A stretch of DNA of 64,000 nucleotides. It comes from an uncultured Nitrospinota bacterium (GTDB taxonomy: Bacteria; Tectomicrobia; Entotheonellia; J063; CAVPRW01). The translations under genes and the position numbers were made by a program. The notes below the pieces were generated by a model that saw only the letters and a program-made list of their open reading frames with translations, was not told where the DNA came from and did not search any database. The first letter of the stretch is position 1. Every line of letters starts with the position of its first letter. Below, piece by piece: positions 21,368 through 32,631 of this stretch. The DNA lies in assembly GCA_963707985.1 (NCBI GenBank), contig CAVPRW010000007.1, forward strand, positions 64,001 through 128,000. The letters run 5' to 3'.

Positions 21368-21856
21368 ATGATGCGCGGCACCACGATTTATCTCTACGAG
21401 TTGGCGTGGATTTTACCCAGCGTGGCGATCCCCGTCGGGATGTTGGTGGCCCTGATGGTCACGGCCTTTGGGGCGGGAATCCATGTCCCGAGTGATGAAG
21501 GCCGCATCGACCCTACCAAAGTGGCGGAGACCGCTCCATTTAATGAGCCCGGCGTGGTCGAGGTGGCACCTGGACACTATGAGGTCCGCCTGGTGGCTGG
21601 CATCTGGGTCTTTACACCGAACGAGATTCGTGTCCCTGTGGGCTCGAAACTCACCTTTGTCGCCACCAGCCGCGATGTGATCCACGGTTTTTCACTCCAC
21701 GACGCCAATGTGAACCTGATGCTGCTACCGGGACGTGTGGCACGCGCCACAGCCCAATTCGACCGTCCGGGCGAGCATCTGTTCATCTGTCATGAATACT
21801 GTGGCATCGCGCACCACACGATGTTCGGGAGGGTGATCGTCGAAGAACGTCGCTAA
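21368..21856 (+). CDS. cbaB: ba3-type cytochrome c oxidase subunit II (CuA)
   Basis: DVIHGF and CHEYCGIAHHTM CuA motif. Confidence 0.92.
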   Translation: MMRGTTIYLYELAWILPSVAIPVGMLVALMVTAFGAGIHVPSDEGRIDPTKVAETAPFNEPGVVEVAPGHYEVRLVAGIWVFTPNEIRVPVGSKLTFVATSRDVIHGFSLHDANVNLMLLPGRVARATAQFDRPGEHLFICHEYCGIAHHTMFGRVIVEERR

Positions 21857-21879
21857 GACGGCAACATGGGGAGACAGCC

Positions 21880-23541
21880 ATGGTGAGCGGCCAGAGTGCT
21901 GCGGAGGGGTTCAAGTCGGAGAATCAGCTGACGGCTGCGTACCTAATTGTCGCACATGTGGCACTGTTCATCGGCGTCGTCTTGGGTCTGTTCCAAGCGC
22001 TCGAATACGTCGGCATCAACCTCTACTCGTTGGTCTCCCCGCTGATTCAGTCCTATTACCATGGTCTTAGCCTGCACGGTGTGTTGAACGTACTGGTGTG
22101 GACTACTTTCTTCATCAGTGGCTTTCTAACCTTCGTCACCGTCCGCGCTCTCGGCACGCCGCTGCAAGGCATGGTGCTTGGCTGGACGGCGTTTGCCGTC
22201 ATGGTTGCCGGCCTCGTCATCACAGCCGTGCCGCTGCTGAGCAATCAAGCCACCGTGATGTTCACCTTTTACCCGCCGATGAAGGCCCATGGAGCTTTTT
22301 ATCTCGGGTTGACCTTGGTAGTAGCGGCTACATGGCTGGTCGCGCTCAATCTGTATCGCACGTACAATGCCTGGCGCGCGAAACACCCAGACGATTGGAC
22401 ACCACTGGGGGCGTTCATGGCGCTGATCACGTTCACGATGTGGACCATCGCCTCCGTGGGTATTGCCGCCGAGATGCTGTTCATGCTTCTGCCCTGGTCG
22501 TTTGGCTGGATTCAAGGCACCGATGCGCTGCTGGCCCGCACCCTGTTCTGGTTCACCGGCCATCCCATCGTCTACTTTTGGCTCCTACCAGCGTACATTT
22601 CGTGGTACACGATGGTGCCGAAACAAGCAGGAGGCCGACTCTTCAGCGACCCCATGGCACGCGCCTCGTTCATTCTGTTTCTGATACTCTCCATCCCTGT
22701 CGGTATCCATCATCAATACGCCGACCCCGGCATTCACCGAAGCTGGAAGTTGTTCCATGCCTTTTTGACCTTTGCGGTGTTTTTCCCCAGTCTGCTGACC
22801 TTTTTCAACGTCGTCGCCTCTCTGGAAAACGGGGCACGGGCGCGTGGTGGCCGGGGATTGGTGTGGTGGTTTGGCAAGCTCCCTTGGAACGATCCCTCGC
22901 TGGTCGCACAAGTGCTGGCCATGCTGATGTTCGCCCTTGGCGGTATTAGCGGCCTTATCAATGCTTCGTACAACGTCAATTTGGTGGTCCACAACACGGC
23001 GTGGGTCCCCGGACACTTCCATCTGACGGTGGGGACGGCAGTGACGCTGACGTACATGGGGATTTCGTACTGGTTAGTGCCGTACCTTCGGGGTCGGGAG
23101 CTGTGGAATCGGCCACTAGCGCTGGTACAAGCCTGGCTGTGGTTTGTCGGTATGGGCATCTTCTCTCACTCGATGCATCGTTTGGGGCTGATGGGCATGC
23201 CCCGTCGGACGATGATCGGCTCGGCCACCTATCTTGGCCTGCAACCGAATTGGCAGGCTGACCTGCCGATGGTGGCCCTAGGCGGCACTCTCCTATTTAT
23301 CAGTGCGCTCTTCTATTTCATCAATATCGTTATGACAATGACCGTGTCCCGCCGACCGGCGATTGTCGACATGCCTGTGGCCGAAGCGATCTCAGGTCCA
23401 GAAGAAGCTCCACGCATCCTCGACCGATGGTGGCCGTGGCTCGCCATTGCTGGTCTCCTGATCCTGTTGGCATATGGACCGACCATCGCCCAACTGGTCA
23501 GCACCACCCCACTCAACTCCCCTGGCTATCGTGTCTGGTGA
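21880..23541 (+). CDS. cbaA: B-family (ba3) heme-copper oxidase subunit I
   Basis: LHGVLN, FWFTGHPIVYFW (His-Tyr), GIHHQY, PGHFHLTVG, PRR. Confidence 0.93.
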   Translation: MVSGQSAAEGFKSENQLTAAYLIVAHVALFIGVVLGLFQALEYVGINLYSLVSPLIQSYYHGLSLHGVLNVLVWTTFFISGFLTFVTVRALGTPLQGMVLGWTAFAVMVAGLVITAVPLLSNQATVMFTFYPPMKAHGAFYLGLTLVVAATWLVALNLYRTYNAWRAKHPDDWTPLGAFMALITFTMWTIASVGIAAEMLFMLLPWSFGWIQGTDALLARTLFWFTGHPIVYFWLLPAYISWYTMVPKQAGGRLFSDPMARASFILFLILSIPVGIHHQYADPGIHRSWKLFHAFLTFAVFFPSLLTFFNVVASLENGARARGGRGLVWWFGKLPWNDPSLVAQVLAMLMFALGGISGLINASYNVNLVVHNTAWVPGHFHLTVGTAVTLTYMGISYWLVPYLRGRELWNRPLALVQAWLWFVGMGIFSHSMHRLGLMGMPRRTMIGSATYLGLQPNWQADLPMVALGGTLLFISALFYFINIVMTMTVSRRPAIVDMPVAEAISGPEEAPRILDRWWPWLAIAGLLILLAYGPTIAQLVSTTPLNSPGYRVW

Positions 23542-23770
23542 CCTCAGGGGCATTTCACCTTCCGGCTCGGTTTCCAGGAGTTCCGTCGGAATGGTGCCGG
23601 TTTGGCCCGATGCCCACGCCAGTCCTCCACGATTTCTTATGGGCTCGGGTTGACTCCGGCGGCTATTGCCCTGGACGCTGCTAGCGAGCCGCTGCGTAAG
23701 GTCAGGCCTCGTGTAACGTATTTCATGTCAGCATGGGGTATTATGTCCCATAGGGAGGCAAAGCGCCCCA

Positions 23771-23784
23771 TTGACGTTATTCAA
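23771..23784. promoter_or_regulatory. Possible FNR/CRP-family box
   Basis: TTGAC-GTTA-TTCAA, 8/10 match to TTGAT-N4-ATCAA, upstream of USP. Confidence 0.3.
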
Positions 23785-24050
23785 GGTAACCAGCTCTGCG
23801 ATCAGCCGTTTGTGCCGTCCCAGTGTGGGCAATCCCTGGAGCGTCGCTGCGCTGATCTCTCGTGAGGACTTGTTTATGAGAAGCTTGTGTTCCGGGCACA
23901 GAGCTTGCTCTACAGTTCACCATGAGAGGTGATGGTGGCAGAACTTCATGATGACAATCGACCCAGGGAAGCACTGTATAGACCGGCTTGGAGGACGATT
24001 TCAGGAGAACCGTGAGCACTGGTCCCCCTGCGTGACAGGAGAACAGTTGT

Positions 24051-24503
24051 ATGAACATTCAGCGTATCCTGGCTCCCACTGATTTTTCAGAACTTTCAAA
24101 ACAGGGCCTGACAAGTGCCCTGGAGCTGGCAGAAACATTTGGCGCCAAGCTCCTGCTGCTGCATGTTGTTGAGCCGCCGACGTATCCCGTAGAAGGGATC
24201 ATGCCGTCGCAGTTGGGGACGACGATGCTCGATGATCTGGAACGCCAGGCGAGTAGGGATCTCGCCCAGATGCTGTCCGAAACGCATGGTAGTAAAGTCG
24301 AGGTCACGCGCCGTGTGGTAGCCGGCATCCCCTATCGCAAGATCGTCGAAGTTGCGGAAGAGGAGAAGAGCGATTTAATCGTCATGACGACACATGGGCG
24401 GACAGGTTTCAGTCACCTGGTCATGGGCAGCGTCACCGAAAAAATTGTCCGCACGGCGCCATGCCCCGTGTTGACGATACGGCCGACCTCCGTAACCGCC
24501 TAG
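24051..24503 (+). CDS. Universal stress protein
   Basis: ILAPTDFS, DLIVMTTHGRTG, GSVTEKIVRTAPCPV. Confidence 0.93.
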   Translation: MNIQRILAPTDFSELSKQGLTSALELAETFGAKLLLLHVVEPPTYPVEGIMPSQLGTTMLDDLERQASRDLAQMLSETHGSKVEVTRRVVAGIPYRKIVEVAEEEKSDLIVMTTHGRTGFSHLVMGSVTEKIVRTAPCPVLTIRPTSVTA

Positions 24504-24688
24504 TCGGCAGTTCGGGCGCTTGGCAAATCAGTTGGCTGATGTTCCTGGGGTATCTGCATGCAAAGGAGATGAATGGTTCATCGACGACAACGACGTGCGG
24601 TTTGACCCAGTGTGCAAGGGGCAAATGGAATTTATCCAGCGCCAGGCGTCAAGGTAGTATGACGTAGCTTATGAGGGAAGGAGCACTG

Positions 24689-25189
24689 ATGGATAGCCAA
24701 CGACCAATTCCCACTTCGCACCAGAGTCGGCAAAATCGGTTCATTCAAGAACGTGAACATGACCCCTACATGTCCAAGAGTAAGTTGCCTGAACCGACGG
24801 TTTGCCCGCACTGCCAGGCGGTGTACCATCAAGGTCGGTGGACATGGACTCCCCGCCCAGCCTCGGCCCATGAGGAGATATGCCCTGCCTGTCTCCGTAT
24901 CCGTGACCAATACCCCGCTGGCTATCTCACCTTGAGTGGTATTTATCTGCAGGAGCATAAAACAGATATCATCAATTTGGCGCATAATGAGGAGGCCGCC
25001 GAGAAAGCCGAACATCCCCTCCATCGCATCATGGCTGTTGAGGAAGAGGCCGACCAAATTATCATTACTACCACTGATATCCATCTGCCACGCCGTATAG
25101 GCGAAGCACTGCACCGCGCCCATCACGGCGAGTTGGACTTTCATTACGAGGCGGAAGGTATTCCTCTACGCGTGCATTGGCAACGCTAG
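24689..25189 (+). CDS. BCAM0308-family zinc-ribbon protein
   Basis: HDPY, CPHC..YHQGRWTW, CPAC, HPLHRIM, TTDIHL. Confidence 0.8.
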   Translation: MDSQRPIPTSHQSRQNRFIQEREHDPYMSKSKLPEPTVCPHCQAVYHQGRWTWTPRPASAHEEICPACLRIRDQYPAGYLTLSGIYLQEHKTDIINLAHNEEAAEKAEHPLHRIMAVEEEADQIIITTTDIHLPRRIGEALHRAHHGELDFHYEAEGIPLRVHWQR

Positions 25190-25461
25190 GTCGCAGATCA
25201 ACGCCGGATGAGGTTGTGATGACACCATAGGTATCAACAGGGCTGATCGAGGTCCTCCGCTTGCTTGTTTTGGGGTACGACCTCATTCCGGCAGATCGAC
25301 CACATAGCACAAAAAGGTCACGTTTCGGTGACAATGCCAACCAGGGTGTGTCATTGCCCCACCTGGCAGGCAACCGATCTCCTGCCCTAGCGTTTAGCCG
25401 CACAACTTCCTGGATCGTGGCATCGGCTGAAATCATCATTACCGGCTCACCAACGATCGCA

Positions 25462-25764
25462 CTACGTCATACTACGCGAGACCTCGACGGCGCGTGTGCG
25501 ATAAGCCTCCTCGCAGCTTTTCGCCTGCACACCGCGCGGTTCGAGCCATCGGCAGCGCACTTCTTGACGGTCGATATCCGCTAGCAGCGAACCGATGACC
25601 TCATCTAAATTGCCAAGAGAGAAGCTGCGTCCTTCATAGTACACCACTGGTGGATTGGCATAGGGCTCCACCCAAACCTCATACTGGCCTCCACCCATGG
25701 TAACCTCGAGACTCTCCCCATGCAAAAGCCGTCGTTTTAGCTCTTCTCGATCGAATGCCATCAA
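25462..25764 (-). CDS. Hypothetical protein
   Basis: 100 aa ORF with RBS-like GGGAG and an upstream sigma-54-like promoter. Confidence 0.6.
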   Translation of the reverse strand: MMAFDREELKRRLLHGESLEVTMGGGQYEVWVEPYANPPVVYYEGRSFSLGNLDEVIGSLLADIDRQEVRCRWLEPRGVQAKSCEEAYRTRAVEVSRSMT

Positions 25765-25869
25765 CGTCTCCCTCAGGGTTGCTGCGCAAGTAGTCCGTTG
25801 AGCTCCCGCGCCCCTCTCCCTATGTTAGGACCCTGTTTCGTCCTTCTCCAGCCCTGATCGGCATACTCG

Positions 25870-25885
25870 TGCAAAGTCGATGCCT
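25870..25885 (-). promoter_or_regulatory. Sigma-54 (-24/-12) promoter candidate
   Basis: AGGCATCGACTTTGCA = GG-N10-GC. Confidence 0.55.
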
Positions 25886-25946
25886 CGGTAAACAGGCCAT
25901 GCAACCGCTACGTTTGTTATGCCTTTGGAGGAGAAAGCGTTTGGGG

Positions 25947-26019
25947 TGTCGCGTTTCCGGACACAATCGACAGCGTGATTACGCTACATACGACGAGATG
26001 ATTGTCGTGAAACGCGACG
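25947..26019. promoter_or_regulatory. Paired 17-bp palindromic enhancer-like boxes
   Basis: TGTCGCGTTTCCGGACA (25947) and TGTCGTGAAACGCGACG (26003). Confidence 0.5.
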
Positions 26020-26118
26020 AAACCGCCCGTCTCAGGACATCACCTTTAACTAGGTCAGTTCGGCGTACCGCTCCGGAAAACCGCCTATAGCAGCGCCTGA
26101 GACGTAAGCGCCAGTGCA

Positions 26119-26134
26119 GGGCAAAAGTCTTGCA
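26119..26134 (+). promoter_or_regulatory. Sigma-54 promoter candidate for the nxr operon
   Basis: GGGCAAAAGTCTTGCA = GG-N10-GC with TTGC. Confidence 0.55.
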
Positions 26135-26221
26135 CTAAAGCAGGCCATGAGACGAACACCGATAGCCTCATAATCACAGAGTCCTATAACCGAGGAGCCA
26201 CAGACAGTACCTCTAGCTCGT

Positions 26222-27064
26222 TTGCTACTCGATTCGAGCCATAGAAAGACGAGGTCTAGGGTGGATCGACCTGTACAAGATGCCTCTTCGACCACAATCC
26301 CGGTCATAGCCCGTCTTGACGTCAACGACTTCCATCGACGCTGGCAGGCCGCCCGAGTTGCCGCTCTGCAGCAATTCTTCGGAGGGGCTTCAGACGAGCC
26401 CACTGCCAACGAACTCGCCATGCTGCAACAAATCCCGCCCACACAGTCTGCCAATGTGCTGAAGGCGGTATATGACAACGCCCGCAAATTAGGGCACAGT
26501 GCGCTGCGCTACTTCGCGTTGTTATGGGACATCCTTGATGTCCGTGACGTGCTTTCTGGTGCTGGCGTCCCCTGTATGCAAGGACAGTGGAGCAGCGACG
26601 GACAACACACCGTGGTGGAACGTCGTGGATGCAGCGTGCCACAACAGTGCGGCACGCTGGGCTGTGATTACTGGAACGAAGCGATCGATGGGCTGCTCAT
26701 GGGTCTGGGAGACGAAGTACGTCATATGCGCCACCGCAGTGCCGGTCACGGTGACGATTTCTGCCGTGACGCCTTCGCTCCACGCGCCCAAGACGGTGCG
26801 GCGTATGGCCCCCTGCCTGAACACCTGGTGCCTTTTTTTGCCAACCTAGAGCAACGGTTTGCATCTGAAACTTTCCGGGTCACCTTTGTCGGCTATGCCG
26901 CGGGGGTGGTTTACTACGAAGCAACAGCACGCGGCGCCGGTTGTGGGGGACAGATCTGGCACACAATGCTGCAAGCTATTGTGGCGAGGACCTATCCCAC
27001 ATTCCGAATGCAAGACGTTTCACCTGCCTCCATATTGGGCCGAGAAGAGAACGCCACAGGATGA
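26222..27064 (+). CDS. Cys-rich hypothetical protein heading the nxr operon (start uncertain)
   Basis: Long ORF ending 30 bp before the nxrA start; clustered Cys/His residues. Confidence 0.65.
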   Translation: MLLDSSHRKTRSRVDRPVQDASSTTIPVIARLDVNDFHRRWQAARVAALQQFFGGASDEPTANELAMLQQIPPTQSANVLKAVYDNARKLGHSALRYFALLWDILDVRDVLSGAGVPCMQGQWSSDGQHTVVERRGCSVPQQCGTLGCDYWNEAIDGLLMGLGDEVRHMRHRSAGHGDDFCRDAFAPRAQDGAAYGPLPEHLVPFFANLEQRFASETFRVTFVGYAAGVVYYEATARGAGCGGQIWHTMLQAIVARTYPTFRMQDVSPASILGREENATG

Positions 27065-27093
27065 GGAAAGAACAGATGAAAGAGGAGACGAAG

Positions 27094-30000
27094 GTGCAAT
27101 TGAGCCGACGGCAAATCCTCAAAGGCATCGCCGTGTTGGGCGCTACAACGCTCGCGGAAAGAGCTTTTGGCGCTCCCATTCGGTATTTCAAACCGCTGCA
27201 GATTGACAATCCGCTTGCCTACTACCCCAATCGTGACTGGGAGCAAGTCTATCGCAATCTGTTTAAGCCGGATTCGTCTTTTGTCTTTCTGTGTGCGCCG
27301 AACGATACGCACAACTGTTTGCTCAAAGCCTACGTGAAGAACAACGTGGTCGTGCGGATCGGTCCAACGTATGGGTACGGCAAAGCGACCGATCTCTATG
27401 GCAACACCGCGTCGCATCGGTGGGACCCGCGCCTGTGTCAAAAGGGTCTCGCGCTGCCCCGACGCATTTACGGCGACCGCCGCTTGAAAGCTCCCATGGT
27501 GCGCCGTGGGTTTAAGGACTGGGTGGACGCTGGCTTTCCGCGCGATGCGGTCACGGGTCAGCCCGATCCGACGTATTTCCAGCGCGGTACAGACGGCTGG
27601 CTGCGGATGAGTTGGGACGACGCCTACGCCATGGCGGCCAAGGCGTTCGAGAACATTGCCCGCACCTATTCGGGAGCGCAGGGCGCAGCCTATCTGCAGC
27701 AACAACGGTATGACCCGGCCATGATCGAAGCCCTTGAAGGCGCTGGCACGCAAACCATCAAGGTGCGCGGCGGCATGGCGTTTCTCGGTGCCACACGGAT
27801 TTATGGTTTGTATCGTTTCGCGAATATGCTGGCGCTCCTCGATGGCAAGATTCGCGGCGTTGGGGCTGACCAGGCGCATGGGGCACGTGGCTGGGATAGT
27901 TACAGTTGGCACACCGACCTGCCGCCTGGTCACCCCATGGTGACAGGGGTGCAAACGAATGATTTTGATCTGTTTGCCGTGGAGTATGCGAAGCTGGTGC
28001 TAGTGTGGGGGATGAACTGGATCACCACGAAGATGCCAGACTCGCACTGGCTCACGGAAGCGCGGTTGAAGGGCACACAAGTTGTCAACATCAGTGTCGA
28101 GTACGGCGCCACCGCTTCAAAAGCAGATGATGTTGTGGTCATTCGTCCGGGCACTGACCCGGCGTTTGCCCTGGGTCTGGCACAGGTCATTCTCTCCAAG
28201 AACCTGTTTGACGCCGATTTTGTTGCCAGAAACACCGACCTGCCCTTCTTAGTCCGTCTCGATACGCTACAGCCTCTGCGTCCAGAGGAGGTGTTCGACA
28301 ATTATCATGCCCCAACATTGGCGAGTGTGAGTTTTGTCAAACCCGGCGAGAAGACTCCACCAGTGACGCTACAGACGGGCCAATACGCGGTGGAGACCAT
28401 GCAGGCTGACTTCCAATCCTACGTCGTCTGGGACAAAAACGGTCACAAATTGGTGGCGGTGACCCGGGATGAGTGGGGTGAACACTTTACTAAACTGGGA
28501 GTGACTCCCGAGTTACGCGCCGCACAAACTCTCAAGCTGCGCGATGGCACGGGGCTACAGGTTCGGACGGTCTTCAGCCTGACGGAAGAGTATGTCAACG
28601 AGAACTTTACCCCTCCCCAGACAGCGTCAATTACCGGGGCGCCAGCAGAGGCCGTCGTCAAACTTGCTGAACAGATCGCCCGCAACCGCGAGAAAACCTT
28701 GTTCGTCATGGGCATGGGACCGAATCAGTTTTTCAACGCTGACCTCAAGGATCGCGCCGTGTTTTTACTCGCCGCGCTCACACGCAACGTGGGTTTCCCG
28801 GGCGGGAATGTGGGGAGTTATGCGGGCAACTATCGTATAGCTATCTTCGGCGGAGCGCCGCTCTTTGGGGTGGAAGACCCCTTCAACGTGCAGACCCAGC
28901 CAGGCGGTGCGATCGCCGTCAAAAAATACTCGTCGTATGAGTCGCTGCATTACTACAACTATGGCGACCGTCCGCTCCGCGTGGGCAACACGCTGTTTAC
29001 CGGCACAGGGCACCTCCCCGTACCAACCAAGGCGATGTGGTTAAACAACTCCAACTCCGTCATTGGCAATGTGAAGTGGCTCTATGATGTGGTGAACAAT
29101 ACGCTGCCGAAAATCGAGTTCATTGCGTTCTCTGACTGGTGGTGGACTGGCTCGTGTGAGCATGCGGATCTGGTCTTTGCTGTCGATAGTTGGGCAGAGT
29201 TCAAGCACCTTGACATGACCGCGTCCTGCACCAATCCGTTTGTGCAGGTCTATCCGACCACGCCGCTGCCGCGCATCTTCGACACCAAATCGGATATCGA
29301 GGTGATCGCGCACGTAGCCAAAGCGCTTGGAGACCGCATCCATGAGCCGCGCATGGCTGCTATGTGGCAGTTTGTGTTTGACAACAATGTCGAGGCGTAT
29401 CTGCAGCGCATCATTGACAACTCACCGGGTTTAAAAGGGTATCAGATTACCGAGCTGGCGAAGAAAGCCGCAGAGGGCATTCCGGCGCTGGTGCACAACC
29501 GCACCTACCCGCGTCTCTCTTCGTATGAGGAGGCGCGCCAGGAAAAACCGTGGCACACCAAGTCGGGCCGTCTGGAATTCTATCGCCCAGAGCCTGAGTT
29601 CATCGACAGCGGTGAGAATCTGGTGGTCTACCGCGAGCCGATTGACTCAACGCCGTATGAGCCCAACGTCATTGTGGCCAAGCCGCATGCCGCGATTCGG
29701 CCAAAGACGCCAGGAGATTATGCACTTGACCCGCAGGACCTCTCGACCGAGGCCCGCCAGGTGCGCCACATCCTGGTTGCACCTGCAGCACTCCTGAACA
29801 CCTTACATCCGTTACGGGGGAAACTCTTTACGCATATTTACCATACTCCGAAATACCGCCACGGCGCCCACACCATGCCGGTCGATACCGACCTCACCAG
29901 CGTCTGGTTTGGTCCCTTTGGCGACGTGTACCGCCATGACAAACGGATGCCGGCCGTCACCGAAGGGTATGTGGACATCAATCCACTCGATGCCAAGGAA

Positions 30001-30552
30001 CTTGGTATCAATGACGGCGATTATGTGTGGATTGATGCCGATCCTGAGGACCGGCCGTATCGCGACTGGCAGGCCAACACCCAGGAATATAAGGTGGCCC
30101 GGCTCCTGCTGCGGGCCCGTTACTACCCTGGAACGCCACGTGGGGTGGCGCGCACCTGGCACAACATGTACAACGCGTCATTCGGCAGTGTGAAGGGTCA
30201 AGCAACACGACCCGATGGTCTGGCAAAGAATCCTGAGACGAACTACCAGGCTATGTACCGCTACGGTGGGCACCAGAGTGCCACGCGCGCCTGGCTCAAA
30301 CCCACCCTGATGACCGATACTCTCGTCCACAAGGATATGTTCGGGCAGGTCATTGCCAAGGGGTTTGCCGCCGACATCCACTGCCCCGTTGGGGCTCCAC
30401 GCGAAGCGTTTGTCAAGATTACCTGGGCGGAACCCGGTGGCATGGGCGGCACTGGAATATGGCGCCCCGCGGCCCTGGGCTTCCGACCAACCGTTGAGAA
30501 CACGGCCATGCAGGAATATTTGCAGGGACACTTTCTGCAGGTGAAATCGTAA
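27094..30552 (+). CDS. nxrA: Periplasmic nitrite oxidoreductase / nitrate reductase alpha subunit (type II DMSO reductase family)
   Basis: TAT motif SRRQILK; FS0 motif CAPNDTHNC...C; Mo-ligand region [19 protein letters not shown] before GTG 27094. Confidence 0.88.
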   Translation: MQLSRRQILKGIAVLGATTLAERAFGAPIRYFKPLQIDNPLAYYPNRDWEQVYRNLFKPDSSFVFLCAPNDTHNCLLKAYVKNNVVVRIGPTYGYGKATDLYGNTASHRWDPRLCQKGLALPRRIYGDRRLKAPMVRRGFKDWVDAGFPRDAVTGQPDPTYFQRGTDGWLRMSWDDAYAMAAKAFENIARTYSGAQGAAYLQQQRYDPAMIEALEGAGTQTIKVRGGMAFLGATRIYGLYRFANMLALLDGKIRGVGADQAHGARGWDSYSWHTDLPPGHPMVTGVQTNDFDLFAVEYAKLVLVWGMNWITTKMPDSHWLTEARLKGTQVVNISVEYGATASKADDVVVIRPGTDPAFALGLAQVILSKNLFDADFVARNTDLPFLVRLDTLQPLRPEEVFDNYHAPTLASVSFVKPGEKTPPVTLQTGQYAVETMQADFQSYVVWDKNGHKLVAVTRDEWGEHFTKLGVTPELRAAQTLKLRDGTGLQVRTVFSLTEEYVNENFTPPQTASITGAPAEAVVKLAEQIARNREKTLFVMGMGPNQFFNADLKDRAVFLLAALTRNVGFPGGNVGSYAGNYRIAIFGGAPLFGVEDPFNVQTQPGGAIAVKKYSSYESLHYYNYGDRPLRVGNTLFTGTGHLPVPTKAMWLNNSNSVIGNVKWLYDVVNNTLPKIEFIAFSDWWWTGSCEHADLVFAVDSWAEFKHLDMTASCTNPFVQVYPTTPLPRIFDTKSDIEVIAHVAKALGDRIHEPRMAAMWQFVFDNNVEAYLQRIIDNSPGLKGYQITELAKKAAEGIPALVHNRTYPRLSSYEEARQEKPWHTKSGRLEFYRPEPEFIDSGENLVVYREPIDSTPYEPNVIVAKPHAAIRPKTPGDYALDPQDLSTEARQVRHILVAPAALLNTLHPLRGKLFTHIYHTPKYRHGAHTMPVDTDLTSVWFGPFGDVYRHDKRMPAVTEGYVDINPLDAKELGINDGDYVWIDADPEDRPYRDWQANTQEYKVARLLLRARYYPGTPRGVARTWHNMYNASFGSVKGQATRPDGLAKNPETNYQAMYRYGGHQSATRAWLKPTLMTDTLVHKDMFGQVIAKGFAADIHCPVGAPREAFVKITWAEPGGMGGTGIWRPAALGFRPTVENTAMQEYLQGHFLQVKS

Positions 30553-30572
30553 CGGAGATGAGGGGGTGAGCT

Positions 30573-31706
30573 ATGGCGCGCGTCGTGAATTGGCAGCTCA
30601 ATCGGGACATGGAGTATCCGTATGAAGCGCCTCGGCCCAAGCGGCAGTGGGCGATTGTCTTTGACCTCAATAAGTGCATCGCCTGCCAGACCTGTTCGCT
30701 CGCCTGCAAAGTGACGTGGACGAGCGCCAAGGGGCAGGAATACATGTTCTGGAACAATGTTGAAACGAAACCGTATGGCAGTTATCCGCTCGCCTGGGAT
30801 GTGCGGGTCCTCGAAAAACTCGGGCGACAAGAGTGGGACAAGCACGGCAAGCAGTACGAAGGGAAGACCATCTTCGAAGCTGCCGAGCCGGAAGAAAAAG
30901 TGGTGCACTTTGCGCCAACGGACGAGGATTGGATGTATCCGAATGTTGGGGAGGATGATTGCGCTGGCCTGGTCCTGACGGGTGATCACATCGAGTTACC
31001 TCACGACAAGTGGTTCTTCTATCTGCCCCGGACGTGCGCGCACTGCACGTATCCGGCGTGTTTGGCCGCCTGCCCGCGCAAGGCGATCTACAAGCGCGAG
31101 GAAGACGGCATTGTCCTCATCGACCAGACCCGCTGCAAAGGGTATGGCGAGTGCGTGCGCGCCTGTCCGTACAAAAAATCGATGTACAACCCCTACACGC
31201 GCGTGAGTGAAAAATGCATTGGCTGTTACCCGGCGGTGGAAGAAGGCTACCAGCCCATGTGCGTGCAAAACTGCATCGGGAAAATTCGCATTATGGGCTT
31301 TATTAACCCGCCCTGGACAGCCCGAGACGATAACCCTGTCGATTATCTGGTACACAAGAAACAACTGGCGCTGCCGTACTATCCACAGCTCGGTCTGGAG
31401 CCAAACATCTATTACATTCCGCCCATCCACGCCGATCGCGCCTACCTGCGGCAAATGTTCGGGCCATTGGTCGACCAAGCGATCGAGAATTATCAGCAGG
31501 TGCGGAATGACCCGGTCACTCAGGGCTTACTGGTGCTGCTGGGGAGCACCGACCGGATCATGCATCGTTTCACGGTGGCCAATCACATGGCTCGCGGGTT
31601 TGACGAGAAGGGAGCAGAGCTGGTGAGCGTGCCCGTCACTGAACCAATAGTAACGCGTGAGGCGTGGGACGAGAAGCTCAACACCGTACGTGTGAATACA
31701 CCCTGA
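30573..31706 (+). CDS. nxrB: NXR/NAR beta subunit (Fe-S)
   Basis: CIACQTC..AC, WNNVETKPYG, CAHCTYPAC, CKGYGECVRACPY, CIGC. Confidence 0.9.
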   Translation: MARVVNWQLNRDMEYPYEAPRPKRQWAIVFDLNKCIACQTCSLACKVTWTSAKGQEYMFWNNVETKPYGSYPLAWDVRVLEKLGRQEWDKHGKQYEGKTIFEAAEPEEKVVHFAPTDEDWMYPNVGEDDCAGLVLTGDHIELPHDKWFFYLPRTCAHCTYPACLAACPRKAIYKREEDGIVLIDQTRCKGYGECVRACPYKKSMYNPYTRVSEKCIGCYPAVEEGYQPMCVQNCIGKIRIMGFINPPWTARDDNPVDYLVHKKQLALPYYPQLGLEPNIYYIPPIHADRAYLRQMFGPLVDQAIENYQQVRNDPVTQGLLVLLGSTDRIMHRFTVANHMARGFDEKGAELVSVPVTEPIVTREAWDEKLNTVRVNTP

Positions 31707-31717
31707 GGACGAACGTT

Positions 31718-32574
31718 ATGCGGAAGACAGCGCTGTTCCTTGGCTTGTTCCTCCTGCACGGTGCGGGTTCAGTGTCAGCACCTGGGCTGATCTCCTCAGC
31801 AAAGACATCGATGCTGATGTGTCAAAGGCCGATCCAGAGGCTTCATATTGGAATGAAGTGAAGCCCGCGGTGATCCCGCTGTTAGCCCAACCGATGGTTG
31901 TGCCGCGACCCAAGACAACCACCACACCAGCCTTGGAAGTCCAGAGTGTGCACAATCACGATTGGATTGCGTTCCGGCTCCGCTGGAAAGATGCAGACAA
32001 AAGCATGGCGGGGAAACTCGGGGAGTTCTCTGACGCCGTTGCCCTGGAGTTTCCAGTCATCGACAAGGAGATCCCACCGCTCGTTTTTATGGGGTCGCCG
32101 GGCGATCCGGTCCACATCTTCCATTGGCGGGCGCAGTATCAACGCGATAAAGAGGAAGGCAAGCCGGACATGAAGCAGTTGTACCCCCACCTCAATATCG
32201 ACACCTATCCGATGGAATACCCGGATTGGGGCAATCTCCAGATCGCCAGTGAGCAAGCGCGTGAAAGCTTCTCGCCCGGGAAAGCGGTCGGCAACCCCCA
32301 ATCCTATGTGAAAACCGGGGTGGACGAGATTATCGCCGAAGGGTTCAGCACGAGTGCGGTGTTCGACGCGCACGATGCGGACGCCAAAGGCCTTTGGAAC
32401 GATGGCGAGTGGGTTGTTGTCATGGCGCGGCCACTCAAGCGCGAAGGCGGATCAGCATTAATGGTGGGCAAAGATTCTTTCATCGGGTTTGCCGTCTGGC
32501 AGGGTGGGGAAGGAGAAGTCGGCTCACGCAAATCCGTCACCATGATGTGGACTCCCCTGAAGGTGGTGCAGTAA
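31718..32574 (+). CDS. nxrC: NXR gamma subunit, EbdC-like heme-b DOMON protein (frameshift ~31785)
   Basis: Signal peptide, FRLRWKD, DAVALEFP, FMG, FAVWQG..GSRK (Met/Lys heme ligands). Confidence 0.8.
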
Positions 32575-32631
32575 CGCCAGTAATGGCCAAGGACAGGCGC
32601 CGCGCAGGAGACCAGTAAAGGACGATCCGAT

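Noticed and set aside
21880..23541. Nitric oxide reductase (bNOR/eNOR-like) interpretation of the heme-copper subunit I
   Set aside because: The cross-linking Tyr in GHPIVY is retained, as in O2-reducing ba3 enzymes
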